Below are positions 31,164 to 40,712 of a stretch of 64,000 bases of DNA, piece after piece; the first letter of the stretch is position 1; each line of letters begins with the position of its first letter. The notes under the pieces were generated by a model. It made no database searches. It was not told the DNA's origin and saw nothing but the letters and a program-made list of their open reading frames with translations. Origin of the DNA: an uncultured bacterium (GTDB lineage: Bacteria > Armatimonadota > Hebobacteria > CAIYQO01); the NCBI GenBank assembly GCA_964638715.1, contig CAZWZF010000008.1, positions 92,109 to 156,108 of the forward strand, written 5' to 3'. The translations under genes and the position numbers were made by a program.

Positions 31164-31391
31164 TTAAATAGCTGGTGGTGTTACCCATTCTTTATTTTTC
31201 TGGATTATAATGTTTTGTGATAATGCAAGCAAACGCGGTTCTAAGTCTGCAAAATCAAGTGTGTTTGGCTGAGTATCACCTTGTGCGCACATTGCCGCCA
31301 CGCAACCTGCCGGGCACCCGCCGCAGACTACGACATCATATTCACCGATTACGGGAATGCAGGACCGATAGTCGAGACTGTTAACGCTCAT
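31164..31391 (-). pseudogene. Chimeric remnant of a FAD-dependent oxidoreductase. The N-terminal ~30 aa (GEYDVVVCGGCPAG type) is joined directly to the C-terminal ~40 aa.
   Basis: Translation ...IPVIGEYDVVVCGGCPAGCVAAMCAQGDTQPNTLDFADLEPRLLALSQNIIIQKNKEWVTPPAI. The C-terminal part is near-identical to the end of ORF 33234..34544. Its DNA (31171-31302) is a ~130-nt direct repeat of 33231-33362. Confidence 0.6.
31171..31302. repeat. Direct repeat (~130 nt, about 90% identity by eye) of 33231-33362, the 3' end of the FAD-oxidoreductase gene.
   Basis: Both copies were aligned by eye. They bracket the GC-rich sulfatase plus gene fragments. Confidence 0.6.
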
Positions 31392-31409
31392 GACAATAAC
31401 TCCTTACAC

Positions 31410-32828
31410 TCAAAAGATATCTGTCTTCGTAGGCAGCGGTTCGGACTCAAGGATGAAGGACAGGAGGCGATCGCGCATCTCACGGACCACGTCTTGCCTG
31501 CCAGTGTCGGCCCATAGGTTGCGGAGTTCGCACGGATCGTTCCTGCGGTCATGCAACTCGCCGAACTCCTTGCCCTCGTAATGGACGAACTTCCAGTCGT
31601 CGGTAACAAGGCAACGCACGGCGGGCTCCCATAGGACACCGTCTTTTTGGTGGATATGCGAACCACGCCATTCTGTCAGCACCGCATCGCGTGCCGGCAC
31701 CGGACGAAGCGTACCCTCGCGACTGAACAGTGGCCGTCCCTGTTGCCGATGTGGCCCTTGAATCCCAGCGAGTTCGGCAACCGTAGGCGCAATATCTACT
31801 GATGATGCGAACCCTGTATCGATTGCGGCTGGCACCGCCATCACCTCTGGAAAGCGCCAGATCATCGGCACGCGGATCGACGGATCGAAGAACATCGGCC
31901 CCTTGAGGAGCATGCCGTGGTCACCGAGCAACTCGCCATGATCGGAGGTGAAGATGATCACAGTCGACTCCGCCAGCCCCTGGGATTCCAAAGCCTTCAG
32001 GATGCGGCCGACGGCGTCGTCGAGATGCGCCATCATGGCGTGGAACGCGGCAATAGTGCCACCCACGCGTGCCGGGTCGCGGCAGATGTCAGCGTAGTCC
32101 TTTCGTCGCTCTTTTGCATACGGCGTCATCAACTCCTCGCAGTCCCCGCTGATTGGCGCCGGCATGTCCTCGGCCCTGAACCGCGAGGCATACGGTTCAA
32201 CAGGATCGAATGGATGATGCGGGTCAAAGAAACCGACCGAGAGGAAGAACGGCTTGCCGTCCTCACGCCGCGCCTTGAAGTAGTCGCCGACGTGGTTTGT
32301 GATCCAAGTGTTCGGATGAAACTCCAGTGGGATGTCGCGCACATAGCGCTCGTAGTGGCCGCCAGCCTTAAACTGGGCCAAGTAGGATTCATACAGGCCA
32401 TGCTTCTCAATCCACTGAAAATACTCGTCCTTGCAGTAGGGGTCGCCCTCGCATTCGAGTAGCAGGTCGAAACCATACTTCGGGTGCGGCGTGTTGCGCA
32501 TCCAGATGTTGTCGAGGTGGATCTTCCCGATCAAGCCTGTGTGGTAACCGGCACCCTTCAGCCGAGTCTGGATCATGTCCGAATTCGGATCCAACGGCAC
32601 GCCATTCTGCCAGCAGCCATGGTGACTGGGATACTGGCCGGTGAACCAGGAAGCCCGTGCTGGCATGCACACCGGATTAGCGGTGAAACAACGGTCAAAG
32701 CGAACCCCGTCGGCAGCCAGCCGGTCGAGGTTCGGGGTCTGCGCTACCTCACAGCCATAGCAACCGAGACTGTCGAGACGCTGCTGGTCGGTATTGATAA
32801 AAAGGATGTTGAGAGGTGTGTCAGTCAT
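31410..32828 (-). CDS. Sulfatase (S1 family, Cys-type). GC-rich island gene inside the AT-rich block.
   Basis: NILFINTDQQR...NPVCMPARASWFTGQYPSHHG. Codon third positions are visibly G/C-rich, unlike flanking genes. Confidence 0.9.
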   Translation of the reverse strand: MTDTPLNILFINTDQQRLDSLGCYGCEVAQTPNLDRLAADGVRFDRCFTANPVCMPARASWFTGQYPSHHGCWQNGVPLDPNSDMIQTRLKGAGYHTGLIGKIHLDNIWMRNTPHPKYGFDLLLECEGDPYCKDEYFQWIEKHGLYESYLAQFKAGGHYERYVRDIPLEFHPNTWITNHVGDYFKARREDGKPFFLSVGFFDPHHPFDPVEPYASRFRAEDMPAPISGDCEELMTPYAKERRKDYADICRDPARVGGTIAAFHAMMAHLDDAVGRILKALESQGLAESTVIIFTSDHGELLGDHGMLLKGPMFFDPSIRVPMIWRFPEVMAVPAAIDTGFASSVDIAPTVAELAGIQGPHRQQGRPLFSREGTLRPVPARDAVLTEWRGSHIHQKDGVLWEPAVRCLVTDDWKFVHYEGKEFGELHDRRNDPCELRNLWADTGRQDVVREMRDRLLSFILESEPLPTKTDIF

Positions 32829-33093
32829 GTTCTGTACTCCTATGCGTAACAGGGAAACCTTTGGGCAACCCCATGCCAGGATGCGGCGGCGATAAGTGAT
32901 AAACGGATTGCCTCACCTTGGGGAAATTAACCCCGACGTGCCATAGTTGCCCCTGATTTTCCACCATTAGCAACTCCAGTCCGGTGCGCCGTGCTGACAA
33001 CGCAGTGGCACAGCCTGCAGGCCCGCCACCGCAGACGTCGACATCATATTCACCTATAACCTGACTATTTTTATCTAACAGTTTGTATTTCAT
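32821..33093 (-). pseudogene. N-terminal fragment (about 60 aa of homology) of a FAD-dependent oxidoreductase, then diverges and stops.
   Basis: VIGEYDVDVCGGGPAGCATALSARRTGLELLMVENQGQL matches the N-terminus of ORF 57802..59250 (ARDIPVFGEYDVVVCGGGPAGCAAALSARRSGMSVLIIESQGQL). Confidence 0.55.
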
Positions 33094-33152
33094 TTTATTT
33101 ATGTGACAGTGTGATGCAAAAAATTACGTATCGAAAAAATTCGAAACGATCG

Positions 33153-33233
33153 CATCTTACCATTCTACCTTTTTACCAAAGTTTTTCTTAGCTACTTTAT
33201 TAAACTCAGTGCCTGCGGCATTAATAACCTCTT
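33153..33233 (-). pseudogene. 3'-end fragment of an RraA-like gene (encodes ...FGKKVEW*), duplicated from the 59186..59935 gene end.
   Basis: About 75 nt at roughly 90% identity by eye to 59181-59255. It lies immediately upstream of the FAD-oxidoreductase fragment, the same gene order as at 59.2 kb. Confidence 0.45.
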
Positions 33234-34544
33234 TTAAATATTTGGCGGTGTTACCCATTCTTTATTTTTGCGGATTATAATGTTTTGTGGCGGTGCAAGC
33301 AAACGTGGTTTAATGTCTGCAAAATCAAGGGTGTTTGGCTGAGTATCGCCTTGTGCGCACATCGAGCCTGCCACACCTGCCGACTGTCCAATTTGCGCCA
33401 GGATACATTGCACCCGGTATGATGCCATCGCCAGATGAGTACCACTCATATGCTTACCGACCACCATTATGCCGTCATAATCACGTGGAATAAGTGAACG
33501 ATATGGTATGCCATAAGGCTGCGGTTCCGGGAAATCTGACATTCCTTTTACCTTTTCGCTCCAAATATCCACACTGCGCTGAGTAACATGCACGCTGTCA
33601 TCCGGCACAATACCATTAAAGATATCTTCACTGGTAATTACCTTTTCTCCCATTATACGCCATTGTTCCCGCACCCCAAGTTTTGGAGCAAGATGAACCG
33701 CGTAACCATTTTTTCTCAATAAGATAATATCTTCACTCATCATATTCAGAGCTTCCCGTTGCGCGGTTGCCAATATTCCCGGTTCGCGGGTATCAGCACA
33801 TCGCACTTTGCATCCCCAATGCAGATAAGCACCAATATTTCGTTCTTTCAATCCTTCTATATCGCCTTTAGGCCAACCCTCACCGGATTCCAGTGGAAAA
33901 GAGAGCTTTAATTGACGGAAATCAAAATGCGGTACATTACCGATTTTCTGGCTAATATATTTCCACGTGCATAATTGTACATGGTCAGTGCGTTCCATAG
34001 GAGCAACACCTTCGCCAAAATCGTCCCTGCTGTCTTCGCCATAACGTCCATCCATACCAGAATTAACGCAAAGATTGCCGACACCGGTCGCTTCAATGGT
34101 GACTTTCGCTTTTATCTGCTGTTCTTTGCCGTCCGCACCACGCCAGATCGCGCCAGTCACCCGGCGGCGATTACCGGCATCTTCCACCATCAGCCTTTCT
34201 ACCCGTACCCCACAACGAACAGTGATATTTTTTTCTGCCGTCAGCATTCGTGACAGTACCATCAGATAATCACCGGGCATATACCAAAAGTCCCACCATC
34301 TACCCGGTTTGCGCTCTGTCAGCGGATAGTTCTTGTCCAACTCATTGCATAACTCGGTAATTACACCTGACCGTGGACCGCCATCAAGCATCAGAACATA
34401 TTGATCCATTGCCGCGCCGCCGGGAACCGCGTCCTCTTCCAATAAAATTACTGATGCTCCGGCACGCGCCGCGCCAATTGCCGCCGGCCAACCCGCAGCA
34501 CCGGCACCTATAACTAAAACATCTGTTTCGACTATTGTATGCAT
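33234..34544 (-). CDS. FAD-dependent oxidoreductase (GxGxxG Rossmann N-terminus; PF12831-like family).
   Basis: DVLVIGAGAAGWPAAIGAARAGASVILLEED (dinucleotide-binding motif). C-terminal ...AQIGQSAGVAGSMCAQG parallels ...TGQAAGTAAALS in the right-end paralogs. Confidence 0.8.
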   Translation of the reverse strand: MHTIVETDVLVIGAGAAGWPAAIGAARAGASVILLEEDAVPGGAAMDQYVLMLDGGPRSGVITELCNELDKNYPLTERKPGRWWDFWYMPGDYLMVLSRMLTAEKNITVRCGVRVERLMVEDAGNRRRVTGAIWRGADGKEQQIKAKVTIEATGVGNLCVNSGMDGRYGEDSRDDFGEGVAPMERTDHVQLCTWKYISQKIGNVPHFDFRQLKLSFPLESGEGWPKGDIEGLKERNIGAYLHWGCKVRCADTREPGILATAQREALNMMSEDIILLRKNGYAVHLAPKLGVREQWRIMGEKVITSEDIFNGIVPDDSVHVTQRSVDIWSEKVKGMSDFPEPQPYGIPYRSLIPRDYDGIMVVGKHMSGTHLAMASYRVQCILAQIGQSAGVAGSMCAQGDTQPNTLDFADIKPRLLAPPQNIIIRKNKEWVTPPNI

Positions 34545-34547
34545 AAA

Positions 34548-36863
34548 TTATTCCCTGAAAGTAAGTGGTGAAAAATCATTAAGGTTTGAATTAAATCCGG
34601 TATTTTTAGCATTCAGTTTCTGATCTTCCCGTATGCTATCTGTACCACGTGCATTATCACTCATGCGGTTGCGGGTTATTTGGCAGAACCATGTTACACC
34701 AGTGCCACAACGAATATTTTCGCCTAATGCTTTGAAAGGTACAAATACTTCCATCATCCAGCAACCAACCCCAACTTTGGTAGCAACCTTTAACCCCTCT
34801 GCGTTCCACGAATAGGACCCATTTTTAATATCTTGTACTGCACCATTTGCATTAATTACAAATTGTGCAAAATCACCAATATTTTTACCACTGGTATCCA
34901 GATATAATTCTATGCCATCATCCCAATATGTCAAACCATGATCATTAGTTTTTACATCACGTTTTAATTTATCAGGTGATGGTTCAGTCATTTTGAAGCT
35001 GAATGAAATTCCATCAAGAGTAAATACGGATCGTACTTCAGTGGAATATTTGCATGCGACTTCTTTTCCACCCTCATTTTTCATCAATATTACAGGTTCG
35101 GCTTTCTGCCATACAACATCATCAAGATTTCCGTCAATTACCGGGTTAGCGGCTACCTTAAAAGATTTTATAGTTCGCTGACCTTCACCTTCCATAACAG
35201 CGGCATATTCTTTAAAAAAATCATCAAAGGGATATGAAAAATATGCCAACCGTTTAGTTGCCAACGCATCAGGTGCAGCCTCTGTTTTCGCCTGCGCAAG
35301 AAGTTGTTTGAACTGTTCAACTACTGATTTAGGATATGAAATAGTATAAACAGATTTCGGTGCAAGCCTACCACCCGGCCAGCGGCTTTTTTCCCAACCA
35401 TCCATTTGCAGTTGTACTATTTTACGTACTGTATCGGCAGCAGGACCATACATTCGCTTGCAATATTCGTCAATTGAAGCATCAACATCAAAATCCGGAT
35501 TCCACAACACCTTGAGCCAGGTATAAAGCGATATATGGAATCGCGGCCATTCATCAGGATCACCACCATTAATGAATGTGCCAACAGTTTTATCTCGATT
35601 AGCCTGATAAAAATCTTTTAACACATGCGCGTAAATATATGGTGCCATGGTTCTGTCCGCAGGCCAACAGGAATAGTGCCAATCCTGCATTTTTTGCCCG
35701 GTAGCAGCAATCCAACTATCGATATTTGCCTGGTCAGCAGCAAGAATTGAAGGTTCTTTATACTGGGCAATACCGGGCATTCCACAAATCTGCATCTGCA
35801 CATTATTTGGCAACTTCACTCCTGCAGGTGCCATGGTATAATTCATATATGCTAGAAATATTATAGTCTTGCCGGGGTATTTTACTTTTACTTCATTCGC
35901 TAATTTCGTTGCAAAAGTAGTCATTATCAAAGATGCTGACGACAGGTCTCCACCTGCTTTGTTAAACAATTTTTTACATTCTTCACATTGGCAATTAACC
36001 CCAATATCCGGTGGTGACAAGGTAATTGCGTCACCGGCAATGAATGATGCATTTTTCTTCCCCGAATAATGGTCATCTATATTTTCCATAAATGTTTGCA
36101 GTGTTTTAGGGTTTGAATAACAATACATTGAAAAATCACGGGTACCATCAGGATTAAGCTGGAATATTTCTGGTCTATTTGCACGATACTCAGCATTGCG
36201 CGACCATTCCATAGGTTGGTGAACGCGCAAGTCAACAGGCCAGGAATTACCGGCGCGGAGTGTCATCAATAATGGTCGCAGTTCCTGATTCGCACCACCG
36301 ATTGGACCGGATGGAACAAATGGAGGAAAATACTGGCGTTTGCGAAATACCGGAGCATCAGTATACCAAAGCGGATCTATCACCAATTTATCTGTTTTTA
36401 TTATAGAACGACCATCACGATCAGTTGGCCAATACCAGCGTACCCCGACAACTCGTTCCAGAAAATCATAAACTCCCCAGATCGATCCGACAATAAAAAC
36501 ACCATCTGCCGTTGTTTTCAATTCAAAACCTTCGGGTGGCAATCCGGCAGATACCAGCCCGACAGTCTTTGCTTCCGGGCAATCCCCTAATATTATAGCA
36601 GGAAATATAACTTTTCCCTGCAATATCGGCAGAATCACACCCGTAGTTTCTTTAATGCAGCTTTGCATTTCATTAACAGTCTGATTAAATTCTGGAGACA
36701 TAACGCAAATAGAGAAACTGGATTTACCATCATCAGTCAACACTAATGGTTTATGTACCGGTTTCATCGTAACAGGCATCAAATCATTCCCTTTTACAGC
36801 AGCGTGACAAAATGTCACAAGACCAACCATCAACAAAATTATAAACTTTTGCATCATAAACAT
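34548..36863 (-). CDS. Secreted DUF4838-like domain protein with C-terminal CBM9-like carbohydrate-binding module.
   Basis: Signal peptide MFMMQKFIILLMVGLVTFCHAAV. N-domain resembles the N-domains of 1639..5244 and 37083..40622 (VGVRWYWP, CQCEECKKL vs CHCPACRKL). C-terminus VIDGNLDDVVWQKAEP...GIELYLDTSGKN is CBM9-like. Confidence 0.65.
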   Translation of the reverse strand: MFMMQKFIILLMVGLVTFCHAAVKGNDLMPVTMKPVHKPLVLTDDGKSSFSICVMSPEFNQTVNEMQSCIKETTGVILPILQGKVIFPAIILGDCPEAKTVGLVSAGLPPEGFELKTTADGVFIVGSIWGVYDFLERVVGVRWYWPTDRDGRSIIKTDKLVIDPLWYTDAPVFRKRQYFPPFVPSGPIGGANQELRPLLMTLRAGNSWPVDLRVHQPMEWSRNAEYRANRPEIFQLNPDGTRDFSMYCYSNPKTLQTFMENIDDHYSGKKNASFIAGDAITLSPPDIGVNCQCEECKKLFNKAGGDLSSASLIMTTFATKLANEVKVKYPGKTIIFLAYMNYTMAPAGVKLPNNVQMQICGMPGIAQYKEPSILAADQANIDSWIAATGQKMQDWHYSCWPADRTMAPYIYAHVLKDFYQANRDKTVGTFINGGDPDEWPRFHISLYTWLKVLWNPDFDVDASIDEYCKRMYGPAADTVRKIVQLQMDGWEKSRWPGGRLAPKSVYTISYPKSVVEQFKQLLAQAKTEAAPDALATKRLAYFSYPFDDFFKEYAAVMEGEGQRTIKSFKVAANPVIDGNLDDVVWQKAEPVILMKNEGGKEVACKYSTEVRSVFTLDGISFSFKMTEPSPDKLKRDVKTNDHGLTYWDDGIELYLDTSGKNIGDFAQFVINANGAVQDIKNGSYSWNAEGLKVATKVGVGCWMMEVFVPFKALGENIRCGTGVTWFCQITRNRMSDNARGTDSIREDQKLNAKNTGFNSNLNDFSPLTFRE

Positions 36864-36920
36864 GTTATGTTTCCTTTTAATACCTATTTCAATATTTAAA
36901 ACCAGGAAATTACTAATTCG

Positions 36921-36992
36921 TAGAGGCTTTTGCTAAACCTTGATGGGACAGACACCTTCCTGGCTTCGCCATTCGGTGTCAGCCCCTGATTT
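36921..36992. repeat. ~72-nt conserved intergenic element, copy A, with internal dyad GACACC...GGTGTC. Candidate structured RNA, REP/MITE-like element or bidirectional terminator.
   Basis: tagaggcttttgctaaaccttgatgggacagacaccttcctggcttcgccattcggtgtcagcccctgattt versus copy B at 52287-52358, about 85% identical by eye. Confidence 0.5.
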
Positions 36993-37046
36993 ATACTCGA
37001 TTTTTAATTTAGATCAATAAAAAATTAGGTTTTACAACAGCCTGCG

Positions 37047-37072
37047 TAATTCGTAATTCCTAATTCGTAATT
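37047..37072. repeat. Tandem direct repeat TAATTCGTAATT-cc-TAATTCGTAATT immediately downstream of the 37083 stop. A third TAATTCGTA lies at 36914.
   Basis: Read directly. Lies in the promoter region of 34548..36863. Confidence 0.35.
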
Positions 37073-37082
37073 AATAATTCCT

Positions 37083-40000
37083 TCACTTCGGTCCCAGCGC
37101 GTTAACCACACACCGGAAACCTGTTGGTGTCCAGTCTCGCACATGTGGCGGATTAATAAACCTGGCGGCGGTACGACTTAATCTTTCATCATACAGGGAA
37201 CATCCGCCACGCAATACTTTGTGACTGCCAATTGCCGGACCGGTCGGATTTTTTGATGGTGATGATTTATAATATTCATAACCATACCAATCTGCTACCC
37301 ATTCCCATACGTTGCCGGCCATATCCATCACGCCATAAGGACTGGCCCCCTGCGGGTAACTTCCTACCGGACGGAAACCGGATGAAAACTTATACAAAGT
37401 CTCTTCCATGGATACACATTTTGTAGAATCCCATTTGTTGCCCCATGGATATTCACGACCATCAGTACCACGGGCAGCTTTTTCCCATTGTGCCTCGGTG
37501 GGTAACGCGGCGCCAACCGCTTTCGCGTAAGTATCGGCTTCATACCAACTCATCTGCACCGCATACGCACCTTCATCACCTTTGGGGTCAGCATACATTC
37601 CCTGTCCCCAAGTTGGAGTAAATGTTTTACCGGTTGCGTCGCAATATTTCTTGTATTGCGCGACTGTTACCGGATATTTATACATCCAGTAACCATCCAA
37701 ATAAATTTTTCGCTGTGGTCGTTCATCACCAGCACCTTTGCCATTGGGTGAACCACGCAGAAAATCACCCGCAGGTATCCAGATTAATTCCGCGCCATCC
37801 AATTCATTAACTGCCGTTGTTGTACTGGTAATTTTTATTTTAGGCGCAAATAACACTGCAGTCGTTTCAACAGTTGCGGTAGTAACCTGTTTTGCAACTG
37901 GAACAGTTTTGGCACTCAATACCTGAACCGGTAAATTTACTTCCGTCGCATCTTTTGCCGCAGAGGTGCCAATTAATGTTATCTGTAAATATGCTTTATC
38001 AACTACCGGTTTTAATTCGACAGCGTCCCAGCCATTAGCCGAAGTTGTAATAACCGCAGCAACACCATCACCACGGTCAAGTTGAATAACGATATCTCCA
38101 GTGGAGTTGGCAGTTATAGGAATATTGACCGGTTCCGCGTCAGAAACAGCAATAACATCATCAAACTTCTGGTCCATCGCATCCAAACCGGGTAATCTTT
38201 CTCCAGCTTTCATTCCTTTTATTCCGCCCGGTACAGCATATTGCAAGTCCAGCAACTTTGTGATGCCACCGCCGGTCACTGCGACTTTCGCAACCTTCGG
38301 GTTTGGCAACGCGAGCATCCATCGGGTAGTAAATCGGTTTGTTACAGCCAGACTGCCATTATATTTTCGATCAATCTGCATTCCAGTATCAGTAGTGCTT
38401 ACTACTCTATTCAGGTGATTTTTAGTATCAAATCCATAAAAAGGCTGGGAAAGGGTAAGGTCTGTTTCTAATTTATCTTTATTCGGATTTTGGAATTCAC
38501 TCCACACTGACGACCAGTCTTTATCAGAAATATTAGGGTATTTCAAATCATTTTTTGCTACATCTGCCGGCAGCCATATCATTGAACTAATTCTGGCAAA
38601 CTGGTCAAGATATCCGGCCTGTCCACCCTGAACCGCAAGTAATTCTTTCCCACTTTTTTTATCTATCGCGCTGGTGACTTGTCCTTTCAAATCAGGACAT
38701 ACCGCCACTGACATTGATTTTCCATCCAGTTCCACTACTGGTCCGCCGTTATTGGCAACATACCATGATATGGTGCGCAATACCCCGGCTTCACCGCCGC
38801 CATTCATGAAAGCGGCTTTTTTGGCACGGTCAAGACAACCAGGCACATTCGGGTCAGCACCGGCAACATACCATTTTTTATTATCTGCCGCATATTTCAC
38901 CATTCCCCAAGGATTACCGCTGTAAGACGCCGCATTTAGCGTAACCGCATCCAAAGAGCTTCCCCGCGCCTCTATCATATTGGCAAGCAAACGTTTATCT
39001 TCTTCTTTTTCTGCCGCTGCCAGTGCTTTATCCATTGCCACTGTCATTTTGGCTAATATAGTTGGTGAAAACATCTTCACGCGTGTTGTCGTGGTCCATC
39101 CGCTCCAGCGTACCGCACTGGGAACATGACCGCTGTCAGCATAGGCAGCCTGCGCAAGTTTCAGATACTCCCAAACATAAGGTGCTGCACCTTTACCATA
39201 ATTATCATCCAGGAACTGGCGAATAAGTTTATCAGCATCCTGGTCGGGGTTCCAGGCGAGTTTTAAATAAACCCATGAATACAGCCATTGCCAGTTATCA
39301 CTGCATAACTGCGGATTTGTGCCATAAATTCCGCATTCTTTCCAATATTTCATAATGTCGCTGAGGTAGAAAATCGCTGGCCATTCCGGTTGGTAAGGAA
39401 CCCAATGCCAGGTGGTTACCCGTCCGGGAGCGATTTTTGGCCATTCTTTCAGTGCTTTCGCGTAATCACGGTTTGCCGGGTTATTGGTAATCGGTCCTAC
39501 CTGGTCACCCGCCATATTCTGCGATCGCGCGCTTGATACCACATTAATCCACAGATTTTTATTGGGTTTAATAGTCTTTGGCGCATCAAGAGAGTCAAAA
39601 TATGCGAATGTGATTACCTGCTGGTCCGGGTCGGTCTTTTCTAAATCTTCCAACGCGCGGTTAAGCATCAGTATTAACGGTGCCGCCTCAGATTGTTCAT
39701 CATGCACTAACTTGCGGCAATTATCGCACATACACCCGGTAAAACCATCACCCTGGGCAGCAGGAATCGGCATTGCCGGATCAAATTTTGCCCCCATCTG
39801 TTTTTTTCTTATAGCAATCTGTTTTCGCAATGCATCCGCCAAGAATTTTGGCAAATCCGGATTTGTTCCGCATACACCCATACTCCATGGCGTCTCGCGC
39901 TGACCGGCTTTATTTAAAGGGTAAAAATCAGGATGTTCAGCAAACAAACCTTTTTCAGTAATATTTCCTTTGCCATCTTTCTTATCCTGTGGCGGCAATA

Positions 40001-40622
40001 AATCATAAAAATTATGTCCGGCGCCAAGATCACCGCTTACAGTATTGGCAGGATAACCCGCTCCACGATTCTGCAATATCCACGGGTAACTACCCATCCA
40101 GAAGATAAAACCGCGTTGAGCAAATGCAGGTTGCTGAAAATCATCAACATTTTTTATTGACAATGTCGTTTGTTTTGGCACTACTTCATGCCCCGGACCC
40201 CCGTATGACAATCCTTTCGCCTTAAAAGTGTAAAAACGACAGCCAAGATGATCTTCCAATAAACCCCATACCGCATATTGTATTCCAAGGTCTGATAAGG
40301 CCGAGAGAATTAATTTATCGCCATCAGTTCTGATACGATAGGCCTGTTTCCCCTTCGCGTCATCACTTGCACCGGGTAGTTTATCAACTTTTTCTATAAT
40401 GATAACTGCTTTATCCCGCAATTCGTCAGTCATCGATGCTGCCAATGGTAATTCAGCACCGGTAATCTGCTTCAGATATGACTGCAGATTTTTGGCAGGC
40501 TGCAAAAAACCATTGTGAACAATAGTCGCCTTAGTCACACCATTTTCAGCAAGCGTAATTGCCTGGGTGCTGATTACAAGGCAAAGTAACAGAAATACTA
40601 CCATCGCTTTACAAGTTGACAT
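37083..40622 (-). CDS. Large secreted DUF4838-like::FGE-sulfatase-domain fusion protein. AT-rich paralog of 1639..5244.
   Basis: Signal peptide MSTCKAMVVFLLLCLVISTQA. Collinear similarity to 1639..5244, including the C-terminal SUMF1-type motifs GNVWEWVADWY, RGGCSLYDERLSRTAAR and GFRCVVNALGP. LacI-type palindrome 18 nt upstream of the start. Confidence 0.8.
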   Translation of the reverse strand: MSTCKAMVVFLLLCLVISTQAITLAENGVTKATIVHNGFLQPAKNLQSYLKQITGAELPLAASMTDELRDKAVIIIEKVDKLPGASDDAKGKQAYRIRTDGDKLILSALSDLGIQYAVWGLLEDHLGCRFYTFKAKGLSYGGPGHEVVPKQTTLSIKNVDDFQQPAFAQRGFIFWMGSYPWILQNRGAGYPANTVSGDLGAGHNFYDLLPPQDKKDGKGNITEKGLFAEHPDFYPLNKAGQRETPWSMGVCGTNPDLPKFLADALRKQIAIRKKQMGAKFDPAMPIPAAQGDGFTGCMCDNCRKLVHDEQSEAAPLILMLNRALEDLEKTDPDQQVITFAYFDSLDAPKTIKPNKNLWINVVSSARSQNMAGDQVGPITNNPANRDYAKALKEWPKIAPGRVTTWHWVPYQPEWPAIFYLSDIMKYWKECGIYGTNPQLCSDNWQWLYSWVYLKLAWNPDQDADKLIRQFLDDNYGKGAAPYVWEYLKLAQAAYADSGHVPSAVRWSGWTTTTRVKMFSPTILAKMTVAMDKALAAAEKEEDKRLLANMIEARGSSLDAVTLNAASYSGNPWGMVKYAADNKKWYVAGADPNVPGCLDRAKKAAFMNGGGEAGVLRTISWYVANNGGPVVELDGKSMSVAVCPDLKGQVTSAIDKKSGKELLAVQGGQAGYLDQFARISSMIWLPADVAKNDLKYPNISDKDWSSVWSEFQNPNKDKLETDLTLSQPFYGFDTKNHLNRVVSTTDTGMQIDRKYNGSLAVTNRFTTRWMLALPNPKVAKVAVTGGGITKLLDLQYAVPGGIKGMKAGERLPGLDAMDQKFDDVIAVSDAEPVNIPITANSTGDIVIQLDRGDGVAAVITTSANGWDAVELKPVVDKAYLQITLIGTSAAKDATEVNLPVQVLSAKTVPVAKQVTTATVETTAVLFAPKIKITSTTTAVNELDGAELIWIPAGDFLRGSPNGKGAGDERPQRKIYLDGYWMYKYPVTVAQYKKYCDATGKTFTPTWGQGMYADPKGDEGAYAVQMSWYEADTYAKAVGAALPTEAQWEKAARGTDGREYPWGNKWDSTKCVSMEETLYKFSSGFRPVGSYPQGASPYGVMDMAGNVWEWVADWYGYEYYKSSPSKNPTGPAIGSHKVLRGGCSLYDERLSRTAARFINPPHVRDWTPTGFRCVVNALGPK

Positions 40623-40639
40623 CTTGAAACCCCTTATTA

Positions 40640-40653
40640 TGTTAACGTTAACC
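40640..40653. promoter_or_regulatory. Candidate LacI-family operator TGTTAACGTTAACc (13/14 palindrome), 18 nt upstream of the 37083..40622 start.
   Basis: Sequence read directly. Central CG with TGTTAAC/GTTAACA half-sites fits the generic LacI/GalR operator TGnnAnCGnTnnCA. Confidence 0.55.
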
Positions 40654-40712
40654 TAATTTTTATTTAGACATTATTTTTGATAGATTGTTTTGGGAATTAT
40701 ATTCAAAAAAAA

